Below are positions 13,825 through 23,750 of a stretch of DNA of 64,000 nt, one piece after another. Below the pieces are notes generated by a model. It saw only the letters and a program-made list of their open reading frames with translations. It was not told the DNA's origin and ran no database searches. Position 1 is the first letter of the stretch. Every line of letters begins with the position of its first letter. The translations under genes and the position numbers were made by a program. The stretch spans positions 126,622,242-126,686,241 of the forward strand of contig NC_092377.1 in the NCBI RefSeq assembly GCF_030028105.1, read 5' to 3'. The DNA comes from Mobula birostris (taxonomy: Eukaryota).

Positions 13825-14031
13825 TTTATTCTTCCCCATCCTGATCGACATCTGAACCTCCAGTCTGCAGCCTTCAACGCAGACTCTGTCAATACAGACT
13901 CTTTATTCTTCCCCATTCTGATCAACGTCTGAACCTCAGTCTGCAGGCTTCAATGCAGACTCTCAATATAGACTCTTTATTCTTCCCCATTCTGATCAAC
14001 GTCTGAACTTCAGTCTGCAGGCTTCAATGCA
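13825..14031 (-). repeat. ~75-bp tandem repeat (about 2.7 copies), each unit carrying an AATAAA on the minus strand; candidate poly(A) region of gene A
   Basis: tttatt at 13825-13830, 13902-13907 and 13976-13981, each followed by cttccccat.ctgatc.ac.tctgaac. Lies 450-600 nt 3' of the gene A stop codon. Confidence 0.7.
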
Positions 14032-14430
14032 TTGAGTTGCTGCCACATGACTGCCTGATCAGATATTTGTGTTCATCAGGTGAAGGTAAAAGTGGCCACT
14101 GAGGGCAAATGTATCACTCATCTCCCCTGGCCATTTAAGGAGCACCTTGTATCTGCTGCCTATTTCCGGAGCGTTGGTAACTGGTTTACGATTGTCACAA
14201 ATACCGAGACATAGATCACGCGTTCATCTTCTTGGGTACGAGAAGTTTGCTGATGGCGGGACAGAGGTTGTCCTCGAGTCTTGTCGGACCAGTTTCAAAT
14301 GTTTGTATCTTCTGCTGACGGGTAGTGGAAGAGGAGAGAATGTTCAAGTGCCAAGGGTCCTGAATTCTGCTGATAGTGGGATCTCACTGTGCGTAGCCGC
14401 CCCACAACATTCTGTCTGGGCCAGCCTTTA

Positions 14431-14452
14431 TCACGAGCCACACATTCCGCAC
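14431..14452 (-). CDS. Gene A exon 6 (short tail, W-CGMCGS-stop)
   Basis: Acceptor cttctgttctacatgcag, homologous to the gene B acceptor cctctgttgtacctccag. Phase 2 matches the TM exon; TGA at 14433-14431. Confidence 0.6.
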
Positions 14453-14614
14453 CTGCATGTAGAACAGAAGGCCATATGGAGAGTCTGAACACACGGTGAG
14501 ATGGGGAGGGGGTTAACAGCTGGACGGGGAACTGAAGAACGGAAGGGGTACAGCGAAGGAACGAATGGGGAGCTCTGGAACAGAGATTCTCCAGGAATGG
14601 ATGTGGTCACTTAC

Positions 14615-14660
14615 CAGAGAAAGAGAAGCACAACCACAGGCACACAGACTCCCACTGTCA
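14615..14660 (-). CDS. Gene A exon 5 (transmembrane, VTVGVCVPVVVLLFL)
   Basis: tttctgttccccag acceptor, GTAAGT donor, 46 nt (phase 1 to 2). Flanks are homologous to the gene B TM exon. Confidence 0.75.
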
Positions 14661-15559
14661 CTGGGGAACAGAAATATTACAATTAGAGCAAATTGAGCAG
14701 AAACGTCCAGTATAGATGTGGAACAGTCAGTTTACATCCACCCCTCACCGTGCAGTTCCATCTATTCCATTGTGCACTCTGATTGGGATCGATGGAACCG
14801 GGTGGTCTTGCCGATGTTGTTTGTTGCTTCTTCTGTTCTGATTTGAATATTTACTGCAGACACCAGAATGTGTGGTGACAATTGCAGGCTGCCCCCGCAC
14901 CTCCTTCGGCTGTTAGTCGTTAACACAAACGATGCATTTCACTGTATGTTTCAATGTACATGGAACAAACACAGAGAATACAAATTCTCCCACCCTATCC
15001 CACTGCATTTTGTGTCAAGAAATATATCCATCGCCTTATGTGTCAAGTAAGTGTTTTGTACGCAGTGGCACAGGTAGACAGGAGTGCTGGCCTTCGTCAG
15101 TCAGGAGATTTACAATATTGATCACCCTGCTGTTGGACAGATGCCGTTCAGCTGCAATGAGAGCCGAGGGGATTTGACAATGTTGCCCAGACTCAAGGGA
15201 CGGAGCTATTGAGAGAAGCTGAACTCGTTGGGATTTTATTCACAGTAGTGCTGGAGACTGAGAGGTGATCTGAGAGAGGGGCATAAAATTTGAGGGATGC
15301 AAATAAGGTGAACACATTCTTCTGAACCCGAGTTGTGGAATCGAGGAGACAGGGGTTTAAAGTGAAAAGAAACATTTAAAAGGGAGCACAGGGTTGAGAA
15401 AAATCAGCCGCTGTTCAAATGGCAGCACAGACTCAATGGGCTGAATGGCCTTATTCTGCCCCCCTGCCCTCTGTTGTCAAACTGCCCAGCACTGCAACGG
15501 GGAAAAGAGCAGGAGGAGGGGAGAGACCCACTCACTTCTGAGAGTCATTTAAACCTCAC

Positions 15560-15703
15560 CTCGAATTCCCATCAGCATAATAATATCCCGCGTTTCTCCT
15601 CTTTTGGAACTGTCTGTCCTGGTGGACACAATCTCAGAATTCGTCACCGGTGGCGAGGTGGACGTCCCATACGCCACTGTCTCCTGTCTGGGAATCTCCG
15701 AAC
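15560..15703 (-). CDS. Gene A exon 4 (S/T/P-rich stalk, GSEIPRQETVAYGTSTSPPVTNSEIVSTRTDSSKRGETRDIIMLMGIR)
   Basis: cgacag acceptor, GAG|GTGAGG donor, 144 nt symmetric phase 1. Paralogous exon at 34233-34380. Confidence 0.75.
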
Positions 15704-15901
15704 CTGTCGAACATGATGGGTATACCTCAGTGCTGAGCTGCTCTCCCCAGATCCCCAAGTAACTTGGGCCAAAGTGCCTGTTCCTGTGCTATGCTGTTCT
15801 CAGTCTAGAGTCTCTCTCTAGTAGCACGGACAGAATATACATCGGAGTGGTTGCAGTCTGGAGTATCAGACCCTCCCTCTCCCTCTGCCATCGGCACTTA
15901 C

Positions 15902-16150
15902 CTGATGTGTTGTTGGTGATCTCACAGTAGACGGTGCGAGGGATAACCCGGGTGTAGTTCAGGGTGACTCTGTCAGCTTCCACCCTGGCCTGGCTGGCAA
16001 TCTGACAGTGGAGTTCGTTGCCTTTGTCTCTAGTACAGGTATCCTGGAACATTTCGAGCTTGTGAAGCCATAGGATCTGGGACCAGGATATTGTGCAGGG
16101 ACAGCTGAGGGAGATGGGTTTTCGAATGAACTTACAGAGGCCATGATCAC
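15902..16150 (-). CDS. Gene A exon 3 (83-aa, 6-Cys atypical Ig-like ectodomain)
   Basis: ctcctgacag acceptor, CAG|GTAAGT donor, 249 nt open, phase 1-1: GDHGLCKFIRKPISLSCPCTISWSQILWLHKLEMFQDTCTRDKGNELHCQIASQARVEADRVTLNYTRVIPRTVYCEITNNTS. N-glycosylation sequons NYT, NNT, NTS. Confidence 0.85.
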
Positions 16151-16467
16151 CTGTCAGGAGAGGAGTATCGTGGTCAGTGGGTTCAGAGGGAGATCATCCT
16201 CCCCTTCATAGAGTGGTTCCCTATACACTGCCCCATCACAGCCCCAGGGTCAGACAAAGAATGAATCTCTCCCTCTCCCTACTGCCCCATAATACCATAC
16301 TGGAACCAGATACAGGGTGAAACTCCCTCTGCAATGTCCTATTGCCCACTCCATGGGTCAGATGAAATGCAGTTCCCTGCACACTGTCTCGTCACAGGGA
16401 TTAGACCCAGAATGACTCTCACTCGACCCTGGACACAGAATCTCCCTCAATCCTACGTTGTACTTAC

Positions 16468-16514
16468 CAGCAGCAGATCTGACCATGAACAGCAACACAC
16501 AGACTGCGATGGAC
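16468..16514 (-). CDS. Gene A exon 2 (signal peptide core, RSIAVCVLLFMVRSAA)
   Basis: cactcctcag acceptor, GTAAGT donor, 47 nt (phase 2 to 1). A 47-nt paralog lies at 36013-36059. Confidence 0.85.
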
Positions 16515-17169
16515 CTGAGGAGTGAACTCTACGGTACCTGACCCCACCTCAGACAGGAGCTGTCAACAACTGCTAGAGTTTAGTTATGAAAAGCTGAAAC
16601 TGTCCAGCCAGCAGCCTGATCTTAAATGTTCCTTTGTGATTGGATTTAATGGAAAACCATGGCCGAATTGGGATCAGTCAGTCAGCCTGTCCGTGTGCGG
16701 GGTCAGTTGTGTGGTTTTGACTCTATTGTATATTTTGACGAGGTGGAGGGTGACTGATGAGGTCTGGACAGTGGATATTGCCTACATGGACTTAAGCAAG
16801 GTATTTTACAGAGTCCCTGATGGGAAGCTCATCCAGTTTAAGGTACGTGGCATCCAGAGTGAATCGGCTGTTTGGATTTAGAACTGGCTTGCCAACATCA
16901 GACAGAAGGTAGAGGTTGATGGGATGTGTTCTGACTGGAAGTATTTGACAGTGGTATTGTGCAGGGATCCATACTGGGACCTGAGCTGGATGAAACTGTG
17001 GATGTATAGGTCAATATACTTGGAGACGATGGCCGATGGAATCCAGTCCAGGCAATTGTGTGGTATTGGGTGTTTGTGAGATGAAATTTAAAGGGACAGT
17101 GCATGTTAATTGCCAGACCTTACTAAAATCCATGTCGGCAACATCTGTACGGTCTCCCCTCTCTCGCAC

Positions 17170-19150
17170 GCGCTCTCACAGGCATTTCAAACACAATTTC
17201 GCCATGCAGGAACACTGGCTTTCTCCTTCCAGTCATTCCTTGTTAACATTCATTGAAACTATACCTCGACATTGTTTTATCCCCCCCTTGTTCAATCCCT
17301 TCCACCTATGTTCGTGACACTTCTCACGCTTTGAATTTTTTCAATGATTTTAAGTTTCCTGCCTTATTTTCACCATGGATTTCCAGTTTCTATATACCTC
17401 CATCTCCCATCAGGAAGGTCTCAAAGCTCTCTGCTTCTTTTTGGATTCCAGAGCTAACCAGTTCCCCTCTATCACCACTCTCCTCCCACTAGTGGAATTA
17501 GTCCTTACTCTTAATAATTTCTCCTTTGGCTCCTCCCACTTCCTCCAAGCTCTTGGTGTAGCCATGGGCACCCGCATGGGTCCCAGCTATGCTTGCCTTC
17601 TTGTTGGCTTTGTGGAACAATCCATGTTCCAAGCCTATACTGGTATCCGTCCCCCACTTTTCCTTCGCTACATTGACGACTGCATTGGCGCTGCTTCCTG
17701 CACGCATGCTGAGCTTGTTGACTTCATTAACTTTGCCTCCAACTTTCACCCTGCCCTCAAATTTACCTGGTTCGTTTCTGACACCTTCCCCACCCCCTTT
17801 CTTGATCTTTCTGTCTCTGTCTCTGGAGACAGCTTATCTACTGATGTCTACTATAAGCCCACAGACTCCCACAGCTACCTGGACTATTCCTCTTCCAAAC
17901 CCTCCCTCTTGCAAAAATGCTATCCCCTTCTTGCAATTCCTCTGTCTCCGCCGCATTTGCTCTCAGGATGAGGCTTTTCATTCCAGGATGAAGGAGATGT
18001 CTTCCTTTTTTAAAGAGAGGGGCTTCCCTTCCTCCACCATCACTCTGCTCTCAAACACATCTCCCCCATTTCACACACATTTGCTCTCATCCCATCCTCC
18101 CACCACCCTACTAAGGATAGGGTTCCCCTTGTCCTCACCTTCCATCTCACCAGCCTTGGGGTCCAACATATAATTCTCCATAACTTCCGCCACCTCCAAT
18201 GTGATCTCACCACCAAGCACATCTTTCCCTTCCTCCCTCTTTCTGCTTTCTGCAGGGATCGCTCCCTACGCGACTCCCTTGTCCATTCATCGCCCCCCTC
18301 CCTTCCCACTGATCTCCCTCCCAGCACTTACCCTCGTAATCGGAACAAGTGCTACACATGCCCTTACACTTCCTCCCTCACCACCATTCAAGGCCCCAGA
18401 CAGTCCTTCCAGGTGAGGCGCCACTTCACCTGTGAGTCAGCTGGGGTGATATACCGCGTCCGGTGCTCCCGGTGTGGCCTTTTATATATTGGCGAGACCC
18501 GACACAGACTGGGAGACCACTTTGTTGAATATCTACGCTCTGTCCGCCAGAGAAAACAGGATCTCCCAGTGGCTACACATTTTAATTCCACATCCCATTC
18601 CCATTCTGATATGTCAATCCATGGCCTCCTCTACTGTAAAGATGAAGCCACACTCAGGTTGGAGGAACAACATCTTATATTCCGTCTGGGTAGCCTCCAA
18701 ACTGATGGCATGAACATTGATTTCTCTAACATGCGTTAATGGCCCTCCTCACCTGCTTACCCCATCCCTTATATAGTATTTTCCTTTTTTTCCTCTCTCT
18801 CTGTCCCTCTCACTATCACTCCTTGCCTGCTCTCCATTTCCTCTGGGCTCCCCTACCCATTTCTTAAAGACAAAATACTCTGCAGATGCTGGGGTCAAAA
18901 CAACACTCACAACATGCTGCCCGATCTGCTAAGTTCTTCCTTCCCCTTTCCTTTTCCCTGGGCCTCCCGTCCCATGATTCTCCCCCTTCTCCATCCCTTT
19001 GCCAATCAGCTTTCCAGCTCTTAGCCTCATCCCTCCCCCTCCCACTTTCAAATACCTTACTCTGTCTTCTTTCAGTTAGTCCTGCTGAAGGGTCTCGGCC
19101 CGAAACGTCGACTGTACTTCTTCCTATAGATGCTGAGTTCCACCAGGTGT
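17170..19150 (+). mobile_element. Penelope-like retroelement (RT plus GIY-YIG, frameshifted) in gene A intron 1
   Basis: GVAMGTRMGPSYACL and FLRYIDD RT motifs; VIYRVRCSRCGLLYIGETRHRL GIY-YIG; pLTR with a mutated hammerhead core (CTGCTGA) at 19078-19113. Confidence 0.9.
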
Positions 19151-19674
19151 GTGTGTGTGTTTGTGTGTTGATTCAATGAAACTGTCCAGAACATTCCCCT
19201 AGCGCTGATAGGTCGAGCCTTGTTGAGCCACGCCTTCTTCCTGCCGGTGCCGGAACCCTCACGAGTCCCCCTCCCCACCCCAACAGGGGTACCCAGGCAT
19301 TTCAAACAATCTCGCTGTGCAGGAACACCGGCTTTCTGCTTCTGGCCCCCGCCAACATGTGATGCAATTCCTGTGATCCCACCTCCCACCACGGATCTGA
19401 GCGCTGATCGGTGCAGCCTGACAACTCACCATCTACCCACCAACGTGGGTAATCAACAAACTTTGCAGTTACCGCTCTCCGCGATCCCCTCTCTCTCCTC
19501 CCACCCCCACCCCCGTTCCGGCCGCTCTCTCTCTCTCCCTCCCGCTACGGCACGGGCATGTCATCGGTGCGGCTCCCATTACCAACCCGACTCCGTCCAG
19601 AACCCCACTTCGCCAATAACCGCTTAGTGTTGTATGAAAGAACAACTTCACCGTCACGATCCCGGGACCTTTAC

Positions 19675-19712
19675 CTGAGGGTGTTTGACTGTAGGACGGC
19701 GGAGACAGCCAT
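19675..19712 (-). CDS. Gene A exon 1 coding part (MAVSAVLQSNTL)
   Basis: ATG in gaaATGG context, CAG|GTAAAG donor, 38 nt phase 2, in frame with exon 2. CpG-rich surroundings. Confidence 0.75.
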
Positions 19713-19950
19713 TTCAAACACACTGTCGCTGAAATGGACACACAGACACCGGCTCGCTGCTTTTAAAAGTGCCAGTTCCGAAGTGACCTCCCAAACGCTC
19801 TGACGGGTGGAGCCTTGCGCCCAACCCTCCCGTTGGCGTCCTCCCCTCTGTACGTGTTTCGGCATCACGCTGTACGGACACCACGATCTGAGTTTAGCCA
19901 CGCCTTCTCTACATCTTCTTCCCGCACGAACTTCCTAAGTGACCAGCTTG

Positions 19951-20075
19951 CGCTGATTAGTAGAGCCTGTGGTAACTCACCACCATCATCTTAATTAAGT
20001 AAATTCTGCATTCAGCGCGCAAAATGACTTGGCGCCATTATATACAAACAAAATTTACCTGTAACATATTCATTA
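19951..20075 (-). promoter_or_regulatory. Gene A upstream block with E2F-like motifs, conserved with 23044-23105 and 40001-40084
   Basis: gcgcgcaaaa and ttggcgcc at 20014-20036, followed by aaaatttacctgtaa shared with the 23 kb copy. cgctgattag here versus cgctgattgg at 40001. Confidence 0.45.
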
Positions 20076-21549
20076 GTATCTTACTGCATTTTCAGCGGAT
20101 GGAAGTCATTGGGGGGACATAATTCAGATACTGGGACAGAACCGGGCCAGCATTAGCGTTGGGAGGTGGGATGGGCGGGGCAGTGTTTCAGAAAGACAGT
20201 GTCCATTATTAAGCACCGACCCCCTCACCCAGGACGTGCCCTCTTCTCATTGCTACTACAGTCAGGAGGTACAGAGGCCTGAATGCACACACTTAGCGTC
20301 TCCCCCTCTGCCATCTGATAATCTGAATGGACATTGAACTCATGAATACTATCTCACTTTTATTATTTCTGTTTTTGCGCTATTTTTAATATAACTAATT
20401 AATATCATATATACTGACTGTAATTCTTCTCTATTATGTCTTGAATTGTACTGCTGCTGCTAAGTGAACAGATTTCACGACATTTGTGGGTGATTTAAAG
20501 ACTGATTCTGACTACTCGCCTGTTAACTGTCAATCGCTGACACATGTTCCTGAGTTTGTTTTACTTTGCCTTCTTTACCGCCCTATCAGTCTGCGTGGAA
20601 AGTGGCGGGAGCAACTGACTCGGACTCGGAGATTCATCTTCCCAACTGTGAGGGTCTCACCATTAATGGTGTACCAGCACTGTGATCTCCCAAAGAGCAA
20701 CACCTCACACTTGACCAAATTAAACTCCAAATGCCATTTGTAGATCCATTGGCCGTATCTGCAACTGATCTACATCCCACTGTATCCTTTGCCAGACTTT
20801 ACACTATCCACAACACCAGTGAGCTGTCTACCAACCACCCAGCTATATTCTCATCCAAGTCCTTTCTATTATCACCGACAGTTTGGGTCCCAGAGAGATC
20901 CCTGTGGAAGACCAGTACACATGGGTCTCCAGCCACTACTCTGATTTCTATGAAACCAAATGGCCAATTCACTGTGGATCCCATGTATCTTAATCTTCTG
21001 GACAAGCATCTTGTCAAATGCATAACTAAAAGTCATGCAGACAATATCCACAGTTCGACCTTCTATCACCCTTGTCACCTCATCAAAAAACTGAATCAAG
21101 TGAGCGAGACACAATTTGTCACACACAAAGCCAGAGTGCTTGGGCCTGAGCACCCACTCCAGCAATTTGCCTACCACTGACGTGAGACTCACTGGTCTAT
21201 AGTTTCCAGGATTGTTCCTATATCCCTTCTTAAGTAACAGATCAACAGCAGCTTCTCAATACTCCTGTGGCCGGAGAGGACATGAAGATATTTGTCAAAG
21301 CCCCAGCAATCTCCTCTCTTGTCTCTGTCACCAATCTGCTATATCACATCAGGCCATGGGGGCTTATCGACATTCATGTTTTTCAAATACCCAAATCTAC
21401 CTCCAGGGGTGTATATTGAGATGTCCCAGTAAATTAGCTCAGTTCACACTGATCTCACTGTCCTCCTTGGTGAATACTGATGGAAATTACTCATTTAGGA
21501 CTTTGCCCACAGCCTCCAGCTCCAAACACAGGTCGTATCCTTAATCCGT

Positions 21550-22030
21550 CAGTGTCCCTATGCTCCTGCTCTTACTGTCTGTGTAGAGAGTGTTGGATGC
21601 TCTTTCGTCCCATACCAGGCGGTCAGCGCACTTTCCACCACACGTCTATAGACGTTTGCTAAGGTGACATGCCAAACATCGGGAGATTCCCGAGGAAGTA
21701 GAGGCACTGCCGTGCTTCCGCAATAATATTTATATGATGGGTCCAGGACAGGTCCTATGAGATAGTGACACCTAGGGAATTTAAAATTACTGACCCTCTC
21801 CACTGCTGATCCTCCGATGATTACTGGTTCATGGACCTCTGGTTTCCCTCTCCAAAAGTCCACAATCAATTCCTTGGCCTTGTTGACATTCAGTGAGAGG
21901 TTGTAGTTATAACACCACTCAGCCAACTTTCCTCCCTGTAGGCTGATTCATCACTCCCTTTGATGGAGCCCACAACACTGGTCTCATCAGCAAACTTGTA
22001 GATGGTGTTGGAGCTGTACTTACCACACGG
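21550..22030 (-). mobile_element. Rex/Babar-like LINE fragment
   Basis: WCYNYNLSLNVNKAKELIVDF...VERVSNFKF motif. Confidence 0.75.
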
Positions 22031-22584
22031 ATCTCTCACAACATCCAGCGTTCCCAGACTTGGGCATCCTTGTCCTCTGTACAGGGAGCATATCTGTCCT
22101 GTACTCTGTGAAATTGGTCTTTACACACCCTCCACAGGTCAGATGTGGACTTGCCTAAAGACTCCTGTTCCCGATTGACTCTCCCTAGTTCCTGCTTCAG
22201 TATCTTGTAATTGGCTGTGTTGTAATTTAATATTATTGCACGATCTGTGCTTGCCCTTATCGGTAGCTATCTTAAAACTTGTTACTGTTCCCTGACAATT
22301 CTTCAATGGGAATGTCAGTCACCTGGCCAGGCTTTTTACACAACTCCAGGTCCAGTATCAACCCTTCTGGATGCAACTAACAAATGCTGTCCTCTTTAAT
22401 CTCTTTTGTCTCAGTCTATATTGGAGCAATTGAAATCACCCACGGCAACAGAATGATTATACCTTCACTATTTTGAGTAAATTTCGCAGTCCCTTCCAAA
22501 CTACTCTCCCAAGTAACTACTGGGTGCACTTCCCACAGATGTAGCCACTGGGGAGGCCGTGAGACAAGACCGTAAGACACAGGG

Positions 22585-22710
22585 GGGTACTGTAGTGTGG
22601 TGGTTAGCACAACGCTTTACAGTACAGGCTCATAGGTTCAGTTCCCACCGAGGCCTGTACATACTCCCCGTGACTGCGTGGGGTTCCTTTGGGTCTGGCT
22701 CCCAGTGTGG
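22585..22710 (+). mobile_element. tRNA-derived SINE head
   Basis: A-box-like gtggttagcac and B-box-like ggttcagttcc. Confidence 0.6.
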
Positions 22711-22836
22711 GATGTGTCGCCAGTACGGGTATCTGACCCCTTCACCAACCCGACCCATCACAACGTCGCTGTTTTGGCAATAATGCTCTGGTAGTGTCCG
22801 ACAGTACAACCACCGTCACGATTCCGGAACCTTTAC

Positions 22837-22904
22837 CTGAGGGTATTCAGCTGTGGGATGATGCTGTGCACCCGGTGGGAGGGAGTAAATGCTCCAATCC
22901 CCAT
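22837..22904 (-). CDS. Extra intact first exon of the A/B family (MGIGAFTPSHRVHSIIPQLNTL); possible alternative exon 1 of gene A
   Basis: gtgATGG start, same CAG|GTAAAG phase-2 donor, E2F-like site at 23044-23053. I found no dedicated exon 2 between it and gene A. Confidence 0.55.
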
Positions 22905-23299
22905 CACTGCCGCTGTGGGGAGGCGCCAGCTGTACTGCTGGGCCCTCCCACATCTGATTTGTTCTAGCAGGCCCCGCTCCAGTACAGCCTGATGTCGCTC
23001 ATGATTCAGGTCATCTGAACATCGCGGTGATCAACAAACTTCAGGGCGCGAAAAAATATTGGCGCCACAACGCACAAGCAAAATTAACCTGTAAAATGTT
23101 CATTTGTGTCTTGTACATGGGGATTGGGGAAAAGTTTGGGAGAGTAGGTGGGATCCATGGAGTAGGGGAGAGACCCACTCACTGCTGGGGTCATTTAACC
23201 CTTTCTGAACCCGACTCCTCCAGCAGTTCACTTCATGGCCCAGGTTCAGAATGAGAACCTGCCCCTTAGTTTCTATTGAACCTCCTTTCTCTGACCTTG

Positions 23300-23750
23300 T
23301 TTTGTGGCAACTGTACATTGCAATACATAATAATAAAAATACTATAAATTGCAATAATATATATAAAAATAGCAGAAACAGAGAGCAAAACAATGGTGAG
23401 GAAGTGTACATGGGTTGATAGTCCATTCAGAAATCTGATGGTGAAGGGGGAGCTGTTCCTGAAACGTTAGGTTTGTGACCTCAGGCTCTGAGTGTCCTCC
23501 TTGATGGCAGCAAGGAAGAAGGTTGCTGTTGTGACACCACTTGTCCAGCTGATCTATCTCGCTCCTGAATGCCTCCTTGTCACCATCTGATATTCTGCCA
23601 ATAATAGTTGTGTCATCAGCAAATTTATGGCTGGCATTTGAGCTGTGCCTAGCCACACAGACATGGGTGTAGAGAGAGCAGAGCAGTGGGCTAAGCACAC
23701 ACCCCTGAGGGGTGCCAGTGTTGGTTGTCAATGAGGTAGAGATTTTTAAT
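23300..23750 (-). mobile_element. Rex/Babar-like LINE fragment
   Basis: GTPQGCVLSPLLCSLYTH and HKFADDTTIIGRI motifs. Confidence 0.85.

Noticed and set aside
14295-14492. Longer Tyr-containing cytoplasmic tail for gene A (SHYQQN frame)
   Set aside because: That frame needs a phase-1 junction but the TM exon ends in phase 2, and gene B also stops early in the phase-2 frame.
15536-15559. Longer gene A stalk exon using the downstream GTGAGT donor
   Set aside because: It includes an in-frame TAA, and the upstream GTGAGG donor matches the gene B position. It could still yield a minor truncated isoform.
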